A stretch of 64,000 nucleotides of DNA, from NCBI GenBank assembly GCA_036172245.1, contig JAYWIR010000020.1:496001-560000 (forward strand), given 5' to 3'. Made by a program: the position numbers and the translations under genes. Every line of letters starts with the position of its first letter. The stretch's first letter is position 1. The DNA comes from Raillietiella orientalis (lineage: Eukaryota). The notes under the pieces are model-generated. The model was not told where the DNA came from. It did not search any database and worked only from the letters and a program-made list of their open reading frames with translations. This document shows, one piece after another, positions 13,251 through 26,129 of this stretch.

Positions 13251-13679
13251 TCCCGAACTGGCAACGAGCGCTCCCTACGTCACGAGAACCGGGAGATTCA
13301 GAAGTCAGAAACAGGAATGACTTCTCGATCGAGGAATTCTCCCTCCCCCACAGACCCCGATTTGCTTTCGCGAACGGATCCGGACTCTTCTACCTTTCCC
13401 ACACTCCCTCCCGACAAGGAAGTCCGGATTCATTCCCCCCAATTCCAGGAGCAGAGGTTTTCCCCGTGCAGTCGTGGCTTCCTGGGATGCAAGCGCAACG
13501 CGGGTGAGGAAGGGAGGGAGTGTGTGCGGTCTTGAAAGCAGAGGGCAACTAAGTCTCTCTCTTGTGGAGAAAAAGAAGGGAGATTCCTCCTCTTCATTTT
13601 TTCCCTTCCTTCTCTCTTTTCCGTTTCTCCCGATACCTGCCTCCATCAGGCACTAGACTTCAGGCATCTCTGGATCGAT

Positions 13680-13870
13680 TTTAATCCACCTCCTCCTCCT
13701 ATTCCTCTCATTATTATTATCTTCACCATCATGATCATTATCATCATAGTCATCCCTTCCCCCTTCTCCTTTTCCCTTACTTCTCCTCTTCATCTTCCAT
13801 TCTTTCTCTTCTCTCCTCATCCCTCTCTCCCCGTCCTCCTCCTCCTTCTCTTCATACATCTATTTTCTTC
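13680..13870. repeat. Low-complexity CT-rich / (ATC)n-like tract
   Basis: Runs of cct, tca and ttc trinucleotides; strongly purine-poor plus strand. Confidence 0.7.
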
Positions 13871-15549
13871 CTCAGAGAACAACGATCCCATTTCTACAGT
13901 ACCGAGGGAGGCCTCTCTCTCTCTACAGCCGTTAGGCGCAGCTACGTCTCCAGGGAAGGTTGCCCGTCACTCTAGCTGGAGGGTGCCTCGGATGTTCTCG
14001 CAATCACGACTGCAATTTCGGCAAAGAACAACAGCCAGCAGCTCTTCGAAAGGTATCCTTTCGCAGATAAAGAGTCTCTCCTGATCTTCTTACGCCTACT
14101 CTTTGCTAGTGTTCAGCTTCCCTCGTTTCTTTCTGGTGCATCTCCTTCCACTCAAGCTATGAGGAAACAGACTGAGCTGAGTCCCCGCCACCGGGACGTT
14201 TCCTAGCCGCTACACAGCACGCCGCACTGAGCCGCACTTCTTGTAGTAAGGCTTGGGGATCCGGGAATCAGGAGCGTGCAGTCACGATCCATCCGGAGAC
14301 AGGCAGCAGGAAGGAAGAGGACGAGTGCAAAGAGAGCCATGCGACGACCGGAAGAAAGGAAGGAGGGAGCGGAAGGGCAAGGAGAAGGAGGAGGAGGAGG
14401 AACGGAGAGATGCTTACAGACGAAGACGCTGTAAGAGGAGGAAGGAGGGACAGGCGCACGAGCGGAAAAGAGAAAGGACGACGCCCTCTAGCAAACAAAC
14501 GCGCTCTTGTCCCTGGAGGCCATTCCTGTGCGCAGAGCGCGCAGTCGGCCCGCAGAAGACAAAAATAGAGACCCTCAAAGGTGCGAGGGGAGCTGAAACG
14601 AAGGGAGCTGGAAAAGTTCACCGCGTGCGTTCCTACAGGATACTCGCGGAACAGAGTTGAACTTGAGGAGATCCTTGGACATAAGAGAGTGGGAAAAGAA
14701 AGGACAACGGACAGAAGAAGAGCTTAAAGCGTGTTCGAGGAGTAACTAGAGAAAAGGAAGAGAGGGTAAATCTCTTTCTCTCACATCCAGCATCACTGGA
14801 TGCTGCAGAGACGAACAACAGCTTCTCACCCCTGGGAGAGAATTTTTGCTCATCTTCGTTTCTCTTCCCCCTTCTCTCCTTGCAATAGAACAAGGGAGTC
14901 GGGGAACAGGATTCCCAGAAAAGGTAGCTTAGGAGGGGCCGCAGAGCCGAGGAGATGGGCGTGCAGGAAGTGTCTCGCAAGAAGGAGAGAGGATCGCAAC
15001 ACACAGAGACCCTTGGGATTGCAATGTGTGCGGAAGCGGAGACCTCGCCCGGCCGCCGCTTGTGGACGGTAGGTGCGCTCCACTATGAGATGGAACAGCC
15101 TCTGCGAGCAGCTTCCAATTCGTTCCCTGCGGGAGCAAAGGTAGCAGGGGTAAGGGGGCCCCCTTACTTCTGCCAAGGCCAAGCACTCCTTCCCACGGAA
15201 CAGAACGTGACGGAGGAAGCAAGAGCTATCACGCGTGCTGACCCTGCCTCGTCTCTGGGACTAGAATCCAGGATCGCATGGCGCCTCCGGAAGTCGGGCA
15301 TTCTTTCCTTGTGCGTATCGCGCATGGCCTCTTGTCCCGCCAGTAAGATCTCGGCGTCCCTAGTGAGCTCTTGCAGCCGTCAGGAGAAAGGAATTCGTTC
15401 CGTTTCCAGAAGTCCTTGAGCGGGAATGCTAAGCCTGATGGTCTGAACATGTGCACATGCGGGAGGGAGAAGGACGATCTTCGATCCCCTCCGGTTCTTT
15501 GCTTTCCTCCCACATGGACTAAAACACTAAGACAACGATGTTAGTTCCC

Positions 15550-16750
15550 GACGTGAGATAAAGAGGCCTTCCAGAATTGATTCGGAAAGTCTCCCGAAGC
15601 TTTCCACTTTCCATCTTCCATCTGTACCTCTCCTATGACCATCCCTCTTTCCCAGAGTCCAAGCTTCGGGAGGAAGCTCGCAAACAGAGACCCCTTGGGA
15701 CCACCCAGTGCCACCACCCCTACGTTGACCTTCATCGAGGCGCGGTCTTGAAACCCGAGAGTGATAGGAGAGTCGCTCTAAGACATGGGGCACGGCTATC
15801 CCTCTCACCATTTCTCCTATCTACCTCCCTTCTTCGTGCTGGACCACAGCTATGACTTCTCGTGCATTTGCAGCTGCCGTTTCAATCGGTCCTTTGCGCT
15901 CTCCCCAGAAAGATCCCGCGGAGAGCCATCGGGCACAAGAGAGTCCGGTACACCACTTCGTCTCCATTTTTGGAGTTCTCGGGTATATTCTGGATACGTA
16001 CGCTGGAGATCACGGTGCTAGGCGATTGGTCCGTTAGGAATTGAGCTGACACCAGAAGTAGTCAATCTCTGCAGAGGACAAGCTTTCTCTGTCTGAAGCT
16101 GAGGAGGCGCGCAGCACTGGTAGTGTTGATCGCAGAAGTCTCCAAGATTCCAAGATCATGAGAACGGTCTGGGTGCATGCTGTCAGAGCATCCTTCCCCT
16201 TCCCACTGAGCTTGCAAGCTGCGGGCGTTCGAGTTTCTCTCCAAACCCTATACTCCGTTGCATCTGAGTGCTTCCTTCGTTTGTTGCGTTATGAAGCCAG
16301 GAATCTTTAGAGAGAGGAGGCAGAGAGTGAGAGTGGTCTGAGACTCCGTACGCTAGGGAGTCTCAGACTCTCTAGCGGAGCAGGGCTTCGAAGCCCTACC
16401 GTACAGAATGGAATGAGGCAGCGCAAGTGCCTCTTGGCTTGGAATCGGTTCCCTGACCCAAAGGCTTCCAGCCTGTTCCTGGTCCCCGAATAGCCTCACA
16501 TCCTCCTACTGGCAGGGTAGAGAGCATCTTAGCTTCTTCCTTGGAGGAGAGGGACTCCTTGGAAACGGAAGAGGACACTGGTGGTTGTTTTTACACCACC
16601 AGCTGGTCTCACACGCCTTCGTCAGCCCTTCCTTTCAAAGTGCTCCCCACTCATCGTGCCCACCATCGCCATGAAAGTTCTTGGAACTGTCTTAGTAGAG
16701 GCCTGCAGCTTTTCCAGCACGCGGATAGGTTATAAGAGCTAAGTGAAGTG
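15550..16750 (-). mobile_element. Decayed DIRS-like tyrosine recombinase region
   Basis: The minus strand gives TTSAARLLS (~16110), TLLCPMALRGIFLGRAQR (15891-15944, matching the DIRS YR motif LCPVRALxxYLxRT) and GWSQGVSVCE (~15690, like SWAxxxGVSxxEI). Confidence 0.55.
16336..16368. repeat. Perfect 12-bp inverted repeat, 9-nt loop
   Basis: gtctgagactcc-gtacgctag-ggagtctcagac. Confidence 0.85.
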
Positions 16751-18235
16751 GAGAAATACAAAGTGAATCATCTGGTAGCCGCTTTCTTCCGGAATTCCTC
16801 TCAAGTTAGCTATCGTCCCTCGAAGCAAAAGGTGAAAAGTGAGTCTCATCCCGTAAGGTGGGTGACTAGGAAGACCTCATTCCAAAATTTTCATTCTTCT
16901 CATTCTTCGATTTCTAAAACTCGGAATCTCCGTTAGGAGGAACAGGAGCCGGTCGTTCCGAGGAGGCTGCTGACTAGCAAGAGGCAGCCAGCGCACGAGT
17001 GCGCTGAAATCAGTATCGAGACACTCGAGAATCCGCCTCAGCGTCTTTTTATCTCTTTTTTTTTCTTCCAAACTTATGAATCCAATTTATTGCACTGGAT
17101 CCATTACGGAACAATCCTTTTATTTGGGAAAAGTCTCTCTCTTCATTGGAGTGATGATAAGAAGCAGACCATCTTTTGTCAGTTTGTGAAGCTTCGCTAT
17201 CTGTCTTCCAGCAAAATGTCATCTTCCCCCTCCACAAAATACCATAATGATCAGAGCCATAAACAGAGATATGGATCTCCGTTCAGCTTCTGTCACCATA
17301 CCACGTAGTCAGCAGGCATTTACGGAAGGTTCGTCGGAATCGAAGCGACGCGTGCATGGAGCGTAACCCGAAGATGTTGCTGGAGGCGGGGTTCTCAGTC
17401 GTCAGTGGCGCTTTGAATCACCTGTGCCCCTTCGACTTTTTGATGACTCGCTTTGTGTCTCGACTCTTGATAGCTGTCTCAACAAAGAATGCAATCAACC
17501 GCTCGCGAGTGCTACCGTCATCTTAGTTGAAAAGGGATACTGGTGACCAACTGCCTCAGCTTCTCAACACAGCGGGGTTTGGCAGGCTGTTTGAAGATGG
17601 AAGATACTTTGGGTTGTCTCGATGCTCCCACTAGAACCGGTGCTCCAGGAAGACTGAAGAGGAGGGATCATGCACGGCACCTTCTCTTTCGAGAACGCAA
17701 CGGCAGCTCCGGGAGACCCGAGACGAAGGAACGGGAGCAAACTCCGAGGAATGGGCTCTCGACTTTGCCTGCAGAGAAGTATTGGTCTCAGTACAACAGT
17801 CCGAGATCCTGGAACCGAAGCAATGTCAAGAAGCTGAAGGTACTTCGACGTCCAGAGGCTGTTCTCCGGGAAGAGATGGTGACATTCATGATGTGACGTG
17901 TAGCTGCTAGATGTTCCAGGCTGTTTCGTGTGTTCTCTGCCTTCAAGAGCAACGCACACCAGGAACGGAGTCAATCTCATTAGGCGGGTGAAGTCGAAGG
18001 AGCTCCATGGCGCATCTTTTTTTGGAGAGCCCATTTTCCGCGTTGCCGGTCGTGTGGCTACAGCGGTCTCCGTGTGTGTTACTAAGCAGTGTGGGTTCGA
18101 ATATCCGTGAAGGATCGACGCCCGTGAAGGACGCACGCTCTTCGCGACGTTCCGCGAACTAGAACAAATGGTGCGTTTTTTCGAATTTGTGTGGTGGTTG
18201 TGGATGTGCCGGCAGAAATTGCAAACATCGTTGCT

Positions 18236-19750
18236 ATGGAGGGCAGAGGTGATGCGAAGACTTCACCATCAGCTCCGTTGGAGACGAAGGCTATCGCCTT
18301 CAAAAATGGAAGTTCTAGGAATACAAGGACGTGAAGCCAAGTTGTATAGGCCACAACGCCCGTCTTCCGGGCAGAAACGGAGGCCTATGCGGCCCAGAAT
18401 CACCAACCTGCCCTGCTCTACAAGGTAGATAGATTAGGTTTAGCTTATTGAGCGTGCTTTCGCCTAGGAGTTACGCAACGCGAACGTCGAGAAGGGAGAC
18501 CTCGAATGACTCTCTGTGGTGAGCAGGGTGAAGTCGTGGAGTTGACCTGCAAAGAGGCAGCTCTCGCTCAGAGACTGCTGAACAACCCCATAACCATCAG
18601 AGGCAAGAGGCTCTAACTAAAACCGCAGACCACTCAGTAGTGGTCCGCCTATGAGGTTTAGGGCTGCAGATGGACGAGAGTGAAGAACCTCCTTCAGCTC
18701 AAAGAATATGCGACGGTCCACGCGTTTGGTTGCCAGGAGGCCAATCTAGACTTGTTCCTCGGATATGAGGGACTGTTTAGCAGCCTGGCCGCAGCACGCG
18801 TGACTGTACACGAATGGAAGCAGCTTCCCTACAGTATGAAAATCGGGGAATTTTGCGTTGATCACTGGTTCCCCGGGAGAGCAAGATTATTTAGCCATTG
18901 CAATAAAGCCGGGCACCTGAAGAGAAGGTGCCCAAAATCACTTGCCATGCCTGCGGATTGAAGAGTCACATAAAAAAGACTCATCCGCGACGTTCCAGGA
19001 GCAAAACCAGAGAAGCAGCAGCTCGAGGCAAAGAATGGAAGCCAAGGGAGGAAGGAAAGATGTCCATCGCAGCAAAGCCAGTATTGTTCGGAACAAACTT
19101 TCAAAAGAGAGGAAGAAATGACTGATGAAGCAGGGTGGCAAGTAGCAACATCGAACAAGAAAGGTAAATAGCATCCCCAAAACGAAAAAAGTGGCGACAG
19201 CGCGAAAGCGATCGCTAAGCAGCCGCAAGACTGCAAGGCGACGCTTCTGCAGATTAGCGCTATCGAGGCCACGATCGCCCTGTGAACGCAACCATTGAAA
19301 GCGTGATCGACGAACCGATCGATAGCAACGAAGCTGCAATGCTTTGTAATGCTTCTTTTATCTCTTCCTCAATGGCTTCGAAAATAGAGACCTCAAAAAA
19401 ACAAGGCCGTGAGGCGTCCCATGGAGGACATCCTTAGCATGGCTTCCGGTTCCAACCTGCATAATGTAAGCACCAGCGGAGACGCAGAAGCAACCGAAAC
19501 CGCCTCAAAGAAGCCGAAGGTCCCAAGGAAGAATGAATTCCTACAAGGAAAAGATGCATACGCTCCGGAAGCTGAGATAATGCAGGTTGGTTCCCAGGAG
19601 TCCTTTCCAGAAAGGGTCCTTCGCTCCGGGAGAACAACAGTGAAGGAGGAGAATCAGAAGAGAGAGATCATCCCTCTGCCTCCTCCATCACTGATGACCG
19701 TCTCACCGAAGCAACAGGTGGGAATCGCAGCACCGACATGCCAGCAGTAA
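18236..19750 (+). pseudogene. L1/Tx1-clade ORF1 (gag-like, RRM + CCHC knuckles), disrupted
   Basis: Candidate ATG at 18236. An RRM-like segment VVELTCKEAALAQRLLNNPITIRGKRL is followed by HCNKAGHLKRRCPK and TCHACGLKSH (ORFs 18680-18961 and 18928-19125), then a K/E-rich tail. Multiple stops. Confidence 0.8.
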
Positions 19751-21595
19751 CTCGTATGCTCGACTCCTGCTGGCGACTACTTGTAGCCTGCTGGAATGTC
19801 AACCTTGCGCGACGGCTGCAAGGTTCGGGACGCAGCTCCTTGAGACCGTTCGATCTGATGCTCCTGCAAGGGATTCACAAGATCTCTGCGAGAGAAGTCC
19901 AAGAAACTGAACAGATAGCGGGTGGCAAGAAGCATTGGCGTTGCAATGCACCAAGAGGCCCTAACATGCTCGCTGCGTGGACCAGATTCTTCGAAACCCT
20001 GAAGTGTGAATGGTTGGTGAAAGAAGGCACGCGGAGAGTCCACCTGATAGCGGGAGATTTCAATCTCCCCAATGAGCTCAACAACCATTGGCTCGACATC
20101 TCTGGTCCCAGAGTGGCACACCTCGCTGCGAGAGACTTCAACGTCCACTTGCTTGCAGACGAGTACAGCAACCCGAGGGAGCAAACGCTGGCCGTTGAGG
20201 TGTGCGCGTCAGTGCACGCTTCCAACTTGCTGGCCAGCAAGGCTTGGATGAAAGGATTGCCGGACCACATCCTTCTCGATGAGCATCTGCATTGCCGAGC
20301 AGGGAGGAGAGCAAGAGTGCTCTCCGAACATATCAGGTTGGAGTTCGAGCTGCTCCCGCCCAGAAAGGGGTTTCCGATGAACGTTTGGAGAATGCCGGCG
20401 GACTGGCTAAGCCATCCGGAGGGTAGGAGAGATGAAGTAATGGTTTGAGAACATCGAAAGGCGGCGGAGCACCTTTCTCAGTATTTCCGCGGCTTCTCCA
20501 TTCGGAAGTTCGTGGAATGGGACGATCTGAAAAGATCTGTTTGCGAATTCTGCTGCCAGTTTCCTTTGTACCTGCTTCCGCACGGAGTGGCCAACAGCAG
20601 AGCGTTTCTTTGGGACAGAACTTTCTCCAGACGTGCAGGAGTCCGGCGCCTCGCCGAGCACAAGGCAAGAGCCTAGCGCCAGGTCTGGCAGCCTGGGGCG
20701 GCTTGTCTGCTCCACGACCATGACAAGGAAAGTTCGGCCCTCTCCGACGTTTGTCACCCGAATTTTCCGAGGCATTTATTATTGAAATTTTATAAAAAAT
20801 TCCATAATAGAGTCGTTTTTCTACAGTGTCGAGGTAGAACAGTTGGTTCTACCCCGCGCGAAAGACTTGCCAAAACCGATACGTAGACCGGTGAGGTCCT
20901 CTCCAGTGGCGAAGGGGGAGGGAAAACCAAACCAAAAAATAAACAAAGAGTGGAAGAAAGAAGGGAAGGGAATGTTTCTTGGGGAGAGGAGGGCGGGGAA
21001 GAGATCACTATTCGCTATGAGACGTCCTCTGCACCCTGTTCCGGATGCTGACAAGTTCTGCACCGACAGAGAGAGCTTTCTCGGAGCAACTCTTGCTGGT
21101 GGGCGCTTACACAATCAACGAAGAGAAACGCGCACATCTCGACCAGCCCTTCAAGATGGAACAAGTCACTTCCGCCATCGCGGGGCTCAGGAGATGAAAG
21201 GCACCAGGCGAGGACGGACTACTTGTGGAGCTCTTTCAATGCTTCGCGACGGAGCTCGCCCCCCTGGTGCTAAGCCTCTCGTTGCTGATGAGAGAAGCGA
21301 GAGATGTCCCGGATTCTTTCCGCTTAGCGAAGCTGCGTCTTCTGCCGAAAGGTGGAGACTTGCTCCGTCTAAACAAGTGGCGTCCGATCACCCTGGTGAA
21401 CTCGGACCTCAAGTTATTTTTGAAGCTGCGATTTGCGCGGCTGGGAGGAATTGCCGAGTCTTTGGTAAGTCCGGAGCATACATACGCTGTCCTCGGACGG
21501 CTCATGGACGCGAATCTCTTTTTCGCGCGCATCTGGTTGCAGCTGCAGGATTGCGTAGCGCAGCAAAGCTGGGCGGCGGAAAAAGCCGCTGCCAC
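19738..21595 (+). pseudogene. L1/Tx1-clade ORF2 (APE endonuclease + start of RT), disrupted and interrupted
   Basis: APE motifs: ACWNVN, LMLLQ, IAGDFN, DHILLD, LSEH. RT motifs: LDQPF, KAPGEDGL, LLPKGGDL, KWRPITLVNSDLKL, SPEHTYAV. Interrupted at 20752-21066 and truncated near 21595. Confidence 0.9.
20752..21066 (-). mobile_element. Short L1/Tx1 3'-end fragment inserted antisense into ORF2 of another copy
   Basis: The minus strand encodes AELVSIRNRVQRT (compare TELAGILNRLQRT near 26750). The 3' UTR aligns by eye with 26900-27030. AATAAA lies at 20780-20775, followed by the terminal hairpin. Confidence 0.85.
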
Positions 21596-23712
21596 ATGCA
21601 AGCGTAGTGGACGTAGACGGGGAAAGGGAGCTCCAGATGCATCCCATGACGAGAGGCGCCACCGTGTGGGGCTACTTCGCCCAGTTCGGCGAAATAGCGA
21701 CAATCCACGAGATGGGATACCATCAGGACACCTTTGGCAGAGAAGCAATCCTCAAGATCAGGATGCCGAAAGGGGCTCAACTTCCGAGCCTCGTTCGCAT
21801 CGATGAAAACTCGCCACACCTCCGCGTGGCATACTGTCAGCAGCCCGACTTTTGCCACACCTGCATGGTCTTCGGTCACAGGACGGCGGCCTGTCCCGAC
21901 AGGAGGTGCAGGCACTGCTGCAAGACCGGAAACTCCGACTCCGAGTGCGAACGCCCAAAGCGATGCTACTTTTGCAAAGCTGGGGGGCATGAGAGAAAGG
22001 ACTACCAGAAGCACAAAGACTGGCTAGCCTTCCAGGAAGAAAGGAGAAGACAGAAGGAAAACCCTCCCGATACACCGGAGGAGACGTCCACCCCACCTCC
22101 TCCTTCACCGGAGAAGAAAAGACCCGCGGAAGGCAAGAAGCCGACGACGAAAGACAGGAAGACCACGAGCCAAGAAGAGCCCGCGGCTGAGGTAGTCCCC
22201 GCTAACGAGACCCCCGAGAGGGAAAGCGGGCAGCAGACGACCATGAACGAGCTGCAGGCCAAGATCAACGACCTGCGCTCAACGATTGGCGAAGTCGCTA
22301 ATGAAGAGCAAAAAGGGCTGGCATTCCAGCAATGCAAGGATGTGCCGGAAAGCCTGAGGCAACAAGCGATTTCGCCTCAGGTGGCGATGCACTTGGAGGA
22401 GCAAGTGTACGTCAGCCTCACCCCCTGTCCTTCCGGAAGATAACCGGAAACAGGGGGAGGTAATGACACCGGCAAAAACGCCGAACAACGTCGAGGCGAC
22501 CTCAGCCCAAGAAGCGGAAGCCAATGCAGCCAGCAACTGCACCTCGGAAAAGGAGAATCCCGAGGTAGAAGCAGCAGCAGTCCAGGAAAACAGAGAGCAG
22601 ACCAAGAGAGACAGGCGCGTCCAGACAAGGGTGCCAGAGCAACTGTCGAAAATAAAAGTCAAATAGACCATCCCAGCCGTCCTTAAATGATCTAGTACCT
22701 CTCGTCAATGTGGAAGATCGGGTTCGTATCCTGGAATATCAACGGATGCACGCACCCGACGAAGAGAAGATACATGATGTTGCTCCTGCGACAGGAAGAC
22801 ATCACCTGCCTGCAAGAAACCCACTTCATGTCATCGGAAGTATGCGTAGAAACGATCTACAAGTCGATGTTCATATGAACCAGAGCTCGACCTGTCGCAA
22901 AGGTGTGGCCATCCTCGTGAAGAAGATCCTCGCACCGACCCTCCTGGAGGTGTTCCATGGACATGATGGCCGCGTCGTGAGTCTGAGGATGGAGTGGTCC
23001 GGAAGCGTACACCTCTTCGTGGTGAACGTGTACGGACCGCTGTTTAAGATGACTTTTGCAAACTCGCTTGCGCAGCTAATCAAGAACAAGGTCACTGTGA
23101 CGTGGTCGTGATCGCGGGCGACTTCAACGTTCGTCTGGATGGCACTCGCCACAACGAGACGGGAACCCATACCGTTTACCGACACCTGGTGGACGAATTC
23201 GCATTCCTCTGCACGGGGGCGAGCATGATTCGCATCGACCACGTCTTGCACTCGGAAGCTCTTGGTAATCGCATTCAGGGGATCCGAGAGATCAACACTG
23301 GATCTCGGATCATACCCTGTTGAAATGGAGAATGACAGCCAGGAATCCCAGGAAGGAAAACGTGGTACCCGGGCAGCACTCATCTGCACGCCCGAGTGGT
23401 ACGAACGTTTTCCTCCGTACCAGCGCGTCGTGGAAACCATCCTCGCCATGACCAACATCCTGGACGTGGACGACTGTGACATCCTGAAAGACACCATGCA
23501 CGTCTTCTCCAACCTTCAATATGGCGACAAGGATCTCTGCGAGGAAGCGTACAGGGTGATCCACCAACTCCATCGCTCCCACTTGTTGTCGCCCGTCCAT
23601 TATCCCTGCCGGTGAACCCTTCCTCTTGTTTTTTGCTGTCGTCGGTTGGGAACGTGCGTTTCCAACTGGTTCATTTTTCTATAAAATAAACGTCCCGGCG
23701 TGACCGGTTAAC
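21596..23712 (+). mobile_element. L1/Tx1-clade element: ORF1 3' half + APE domain joined to a 3' end (RT missing)
   Basis: ORF 21607-22443 has three knuckles (CHTCMVFGHRTAAC, CRHCCKTGNSDSEC, CYFCKAGGHERKD). APE starts near 22708: VSWNING, CLQETH, GVAILVK, VNVYGP, IAGDFN, RIDHV. The element ends with AATAAA (23685-23690) + hairpin. Confidence 0.9.
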
Positions 23713-25630
23713 AAATTTCAACATCATCCTACTTTGAGGAAGGGCTGGAGGCCAGCTCAACCTGGTTATTGAGCTGTAAGCAGCAATGCACATGTGCAAC
23801 TTGTTGACTGCGGTCATCGGCATGGAAGGCAGCATCGATCACGTCTTCCTAGATGACCACCTGCACTCGTGTGTCGTTTATCGTGGAACGGCGCTAATGG
23901 CGTTGTCGGACCACGACCAAATTGAGCTGGAAGTACTCGGGAGAGGTTCCCACGTGGCGCCTACCAAGGGATTGGCGCCATCTCCTGGAGACTGCGGAGC
24001 AGCTCCGCAACTTCCTGCGAGATGTTCGACCTGATGCTCCTGCAAGTGCAGCAACTCGAAGACTGGGAGGAGATTAAGTGCTCAGCTCGAGAGTTCTGCG
24101 CGAGCTTATCTGTAGACCGTCTCCCCTCCGGGTTTGGTGAAGGAATGCGCAACGAGAGCGTGTATCTCCAAGCTAGGTGTTTGTAGAAAAGGTCCGACGT
24201 TCGTCGTCTGGACGAGATGAAGGCCAGGGCTGAGTGACAAGCCTGGCTGTCTGGGAGGACCAGCTTAATGCACGACCAGGGCCAAATATTGTCGTCCCCA
24301 TCAGAAATATGGCGCATCGTGCGCCAATTTTACTCCTCCCTTTACTCGAGAACACCACGCAGCAGTTAATGCCTGGAGGCGCTACCACGATAAAGGAGGG
24401 TCGCGAGCTATCTTGAGAGAGCCGTTCACAATAAGAGATACCATCTCCGCCATCGGCAAGCTCAAGAAGGGGAAAGCATCAGGGGAGCACGACCTGCCGC
24501 CCGCATTTTACCAGTGTTTCGCAGCCGAGCTGCCCCCACTGGTGCATCGGATATACATGCTGATTCGGGAGACAGTCGAGCTTCCAGCCTCCTTCCGACC
24601 AGCAAGAGTACGTCTCCTTCTAAAGGGAGGAGACCTTCTCAATGTTAGCAACTGGCGTTCACCATGATCAACACGGACGCCAAGCTGCCCGCGAATCTAT
24701 GGACTGAGCGCCTGAGACGGTTGGCGGAAAAGTTTATCAGTCCGGAGCAAACGTACACTGTTCCAGGACGAAGCGTGGAAACGAACCTGTTTCTAGTCAG
24801 CTCCTGGATTCTGTTGCAATGAAGGATTGCACCAGTCGGCCAAAGGAATGACGAATTCGGGGGTGTCCAGGAATCGGTAGACCACCTTGAGTCGGAGGTG
24901 TTGGGAGCCCTTGCAGTCGCAATCGATTTGCAAAATACATTCGATACTGCGTCGACTAGGAGCTTATTTTGGAAGCTCTGGAACGCATGGGATTCCCAAA
25001 TGTACTTCTGGTCTACCTGTGCTCCTGCTGCCGCGCTCAGCGCTATCCACCAAAGTGAAAATGGAGATGAGCTTGCAAGATGGAAAGTATCCTGCGAGAT
25101 GGCGGGAAAGAAGAAGCAGCTGGGATCCTGTACGCTGCGTCAACTGGCCGAAGCTTGTAACCCCGCCATCCTCACCAGAGGGTGGCCCTTGTATGAAAGG
25201 AACATTCCCCTAGAAAAGGCAAACATTCCCTCATTGTTTGTGGACAGTTCCACGCTTTCCCTGGATTGGCAGGACTCGGCACTGTACACGCTTCGGCTGT
25301 ACATATACTAAAAAAGGAGGAAGTCGCCAACATCCTCAAGAGGACGCTGAGGACACCAGGAAGAAATCCGTGATCCCTCCCTTCCCTCCCCTCCAAAATT
25401 TGTAAACTGAACTTCTTTTCTTTTCTTTTTTCGTTTTTGTTTACCGACTCCTCCACTCTTCCTGTGCGGACCTCATCGGGGAGCTGCTCACTAGAAGCAG
25501 CGCCTCCGAGGCATCTCCGTTCGTAGTGGTGATGTGAAGCCACCACTTTTTATATTCATATGAGTGTTTTTTTTGTAAATATTTTTTTTTTTTTTTTTTA
25601 CCATGAACGCCTTGGCGTGACCGGTTGAAA
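23713..25630 (+). mobile_element. L1/Tx1-clade ORF2 fragment (APE end, RT N-half, internal deletion, 3' UTR)
   Basis: Motifs: IDHVFLD...LSDHDQI; EPFTIRD...KKGKASGEHDLP; KGGDLLNVSNWR; SPEQTYTVPGR; AIDLQNTFD (24919-24945). The frame then jumps to C-terminal ...ANILKRTLRTPG. Terminal motif at 25602-25627. Confidence 0.9.
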
Positions 25631-25649
25631 ATAAAGGATCGAGCTTAGA

Positions 25650-26125
25650 AATGGGTGTGTCGTGGGTTTCAGAGAAATTTGGAAGCGTCCCTATGGAGTT
25701 CTCTCCAGAAAAGTAACAAGGAACGATTCCCTTGCGAGTTCACTCCGGAGAAAAAATGAGGAGTGGCCTCATCTGGGGGCCCCTCTGGAGAGAATAAAAA
25801 AGTAGTTTCCTTCGGAGACAACCAAGCGAGGGTTCCCTTCGGGGCTCTCTACCAAGCGTAAGAGGAACGGACTCGTCCCTTCGGAATCTTTCCGGATTTA
25901 TAGGGTGGTCACTCCTGGGTTACCTCCTATAACTTGAAGAGTGATACGCGCCCTCAAGTGACATGGACAGTGTTCGGAAGCTTCGTGACCTACCCCCCCC
26001 TTCCCCCCCAGGGATGTGAACGGTTCTTCCGTACTTGGAGAACCCCCCAAAAAAAGGAAAAAAAAAAAGGAAAAGGAAAGCAGTGGAAACAAAAGAAACC
26101 AGAAGGATTTTTATCATCCTGACCT
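25650..26125 (+). repeat. GC-rich SINE-like / LINE-3'UTR repeat family, copy 1 (diverged, tail missing)
   Basis: Aligns by eye with the reverse complement of 32700-33230 (shared blocks ggaagcgtccct, gaggaacggactc, cttgaaga, atcat[c/t]c). Confidence 0.7.
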
Positions 26126-26129
26126 TCCC

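Noticed and set aside
20038..20150. Two GDFN-like motifs (HLIAGDFNL, HLAARDFNV) in one APE domain
   Set aside because: Seen in one decayed copy only; I cannot distinguish a local duplication from chance.
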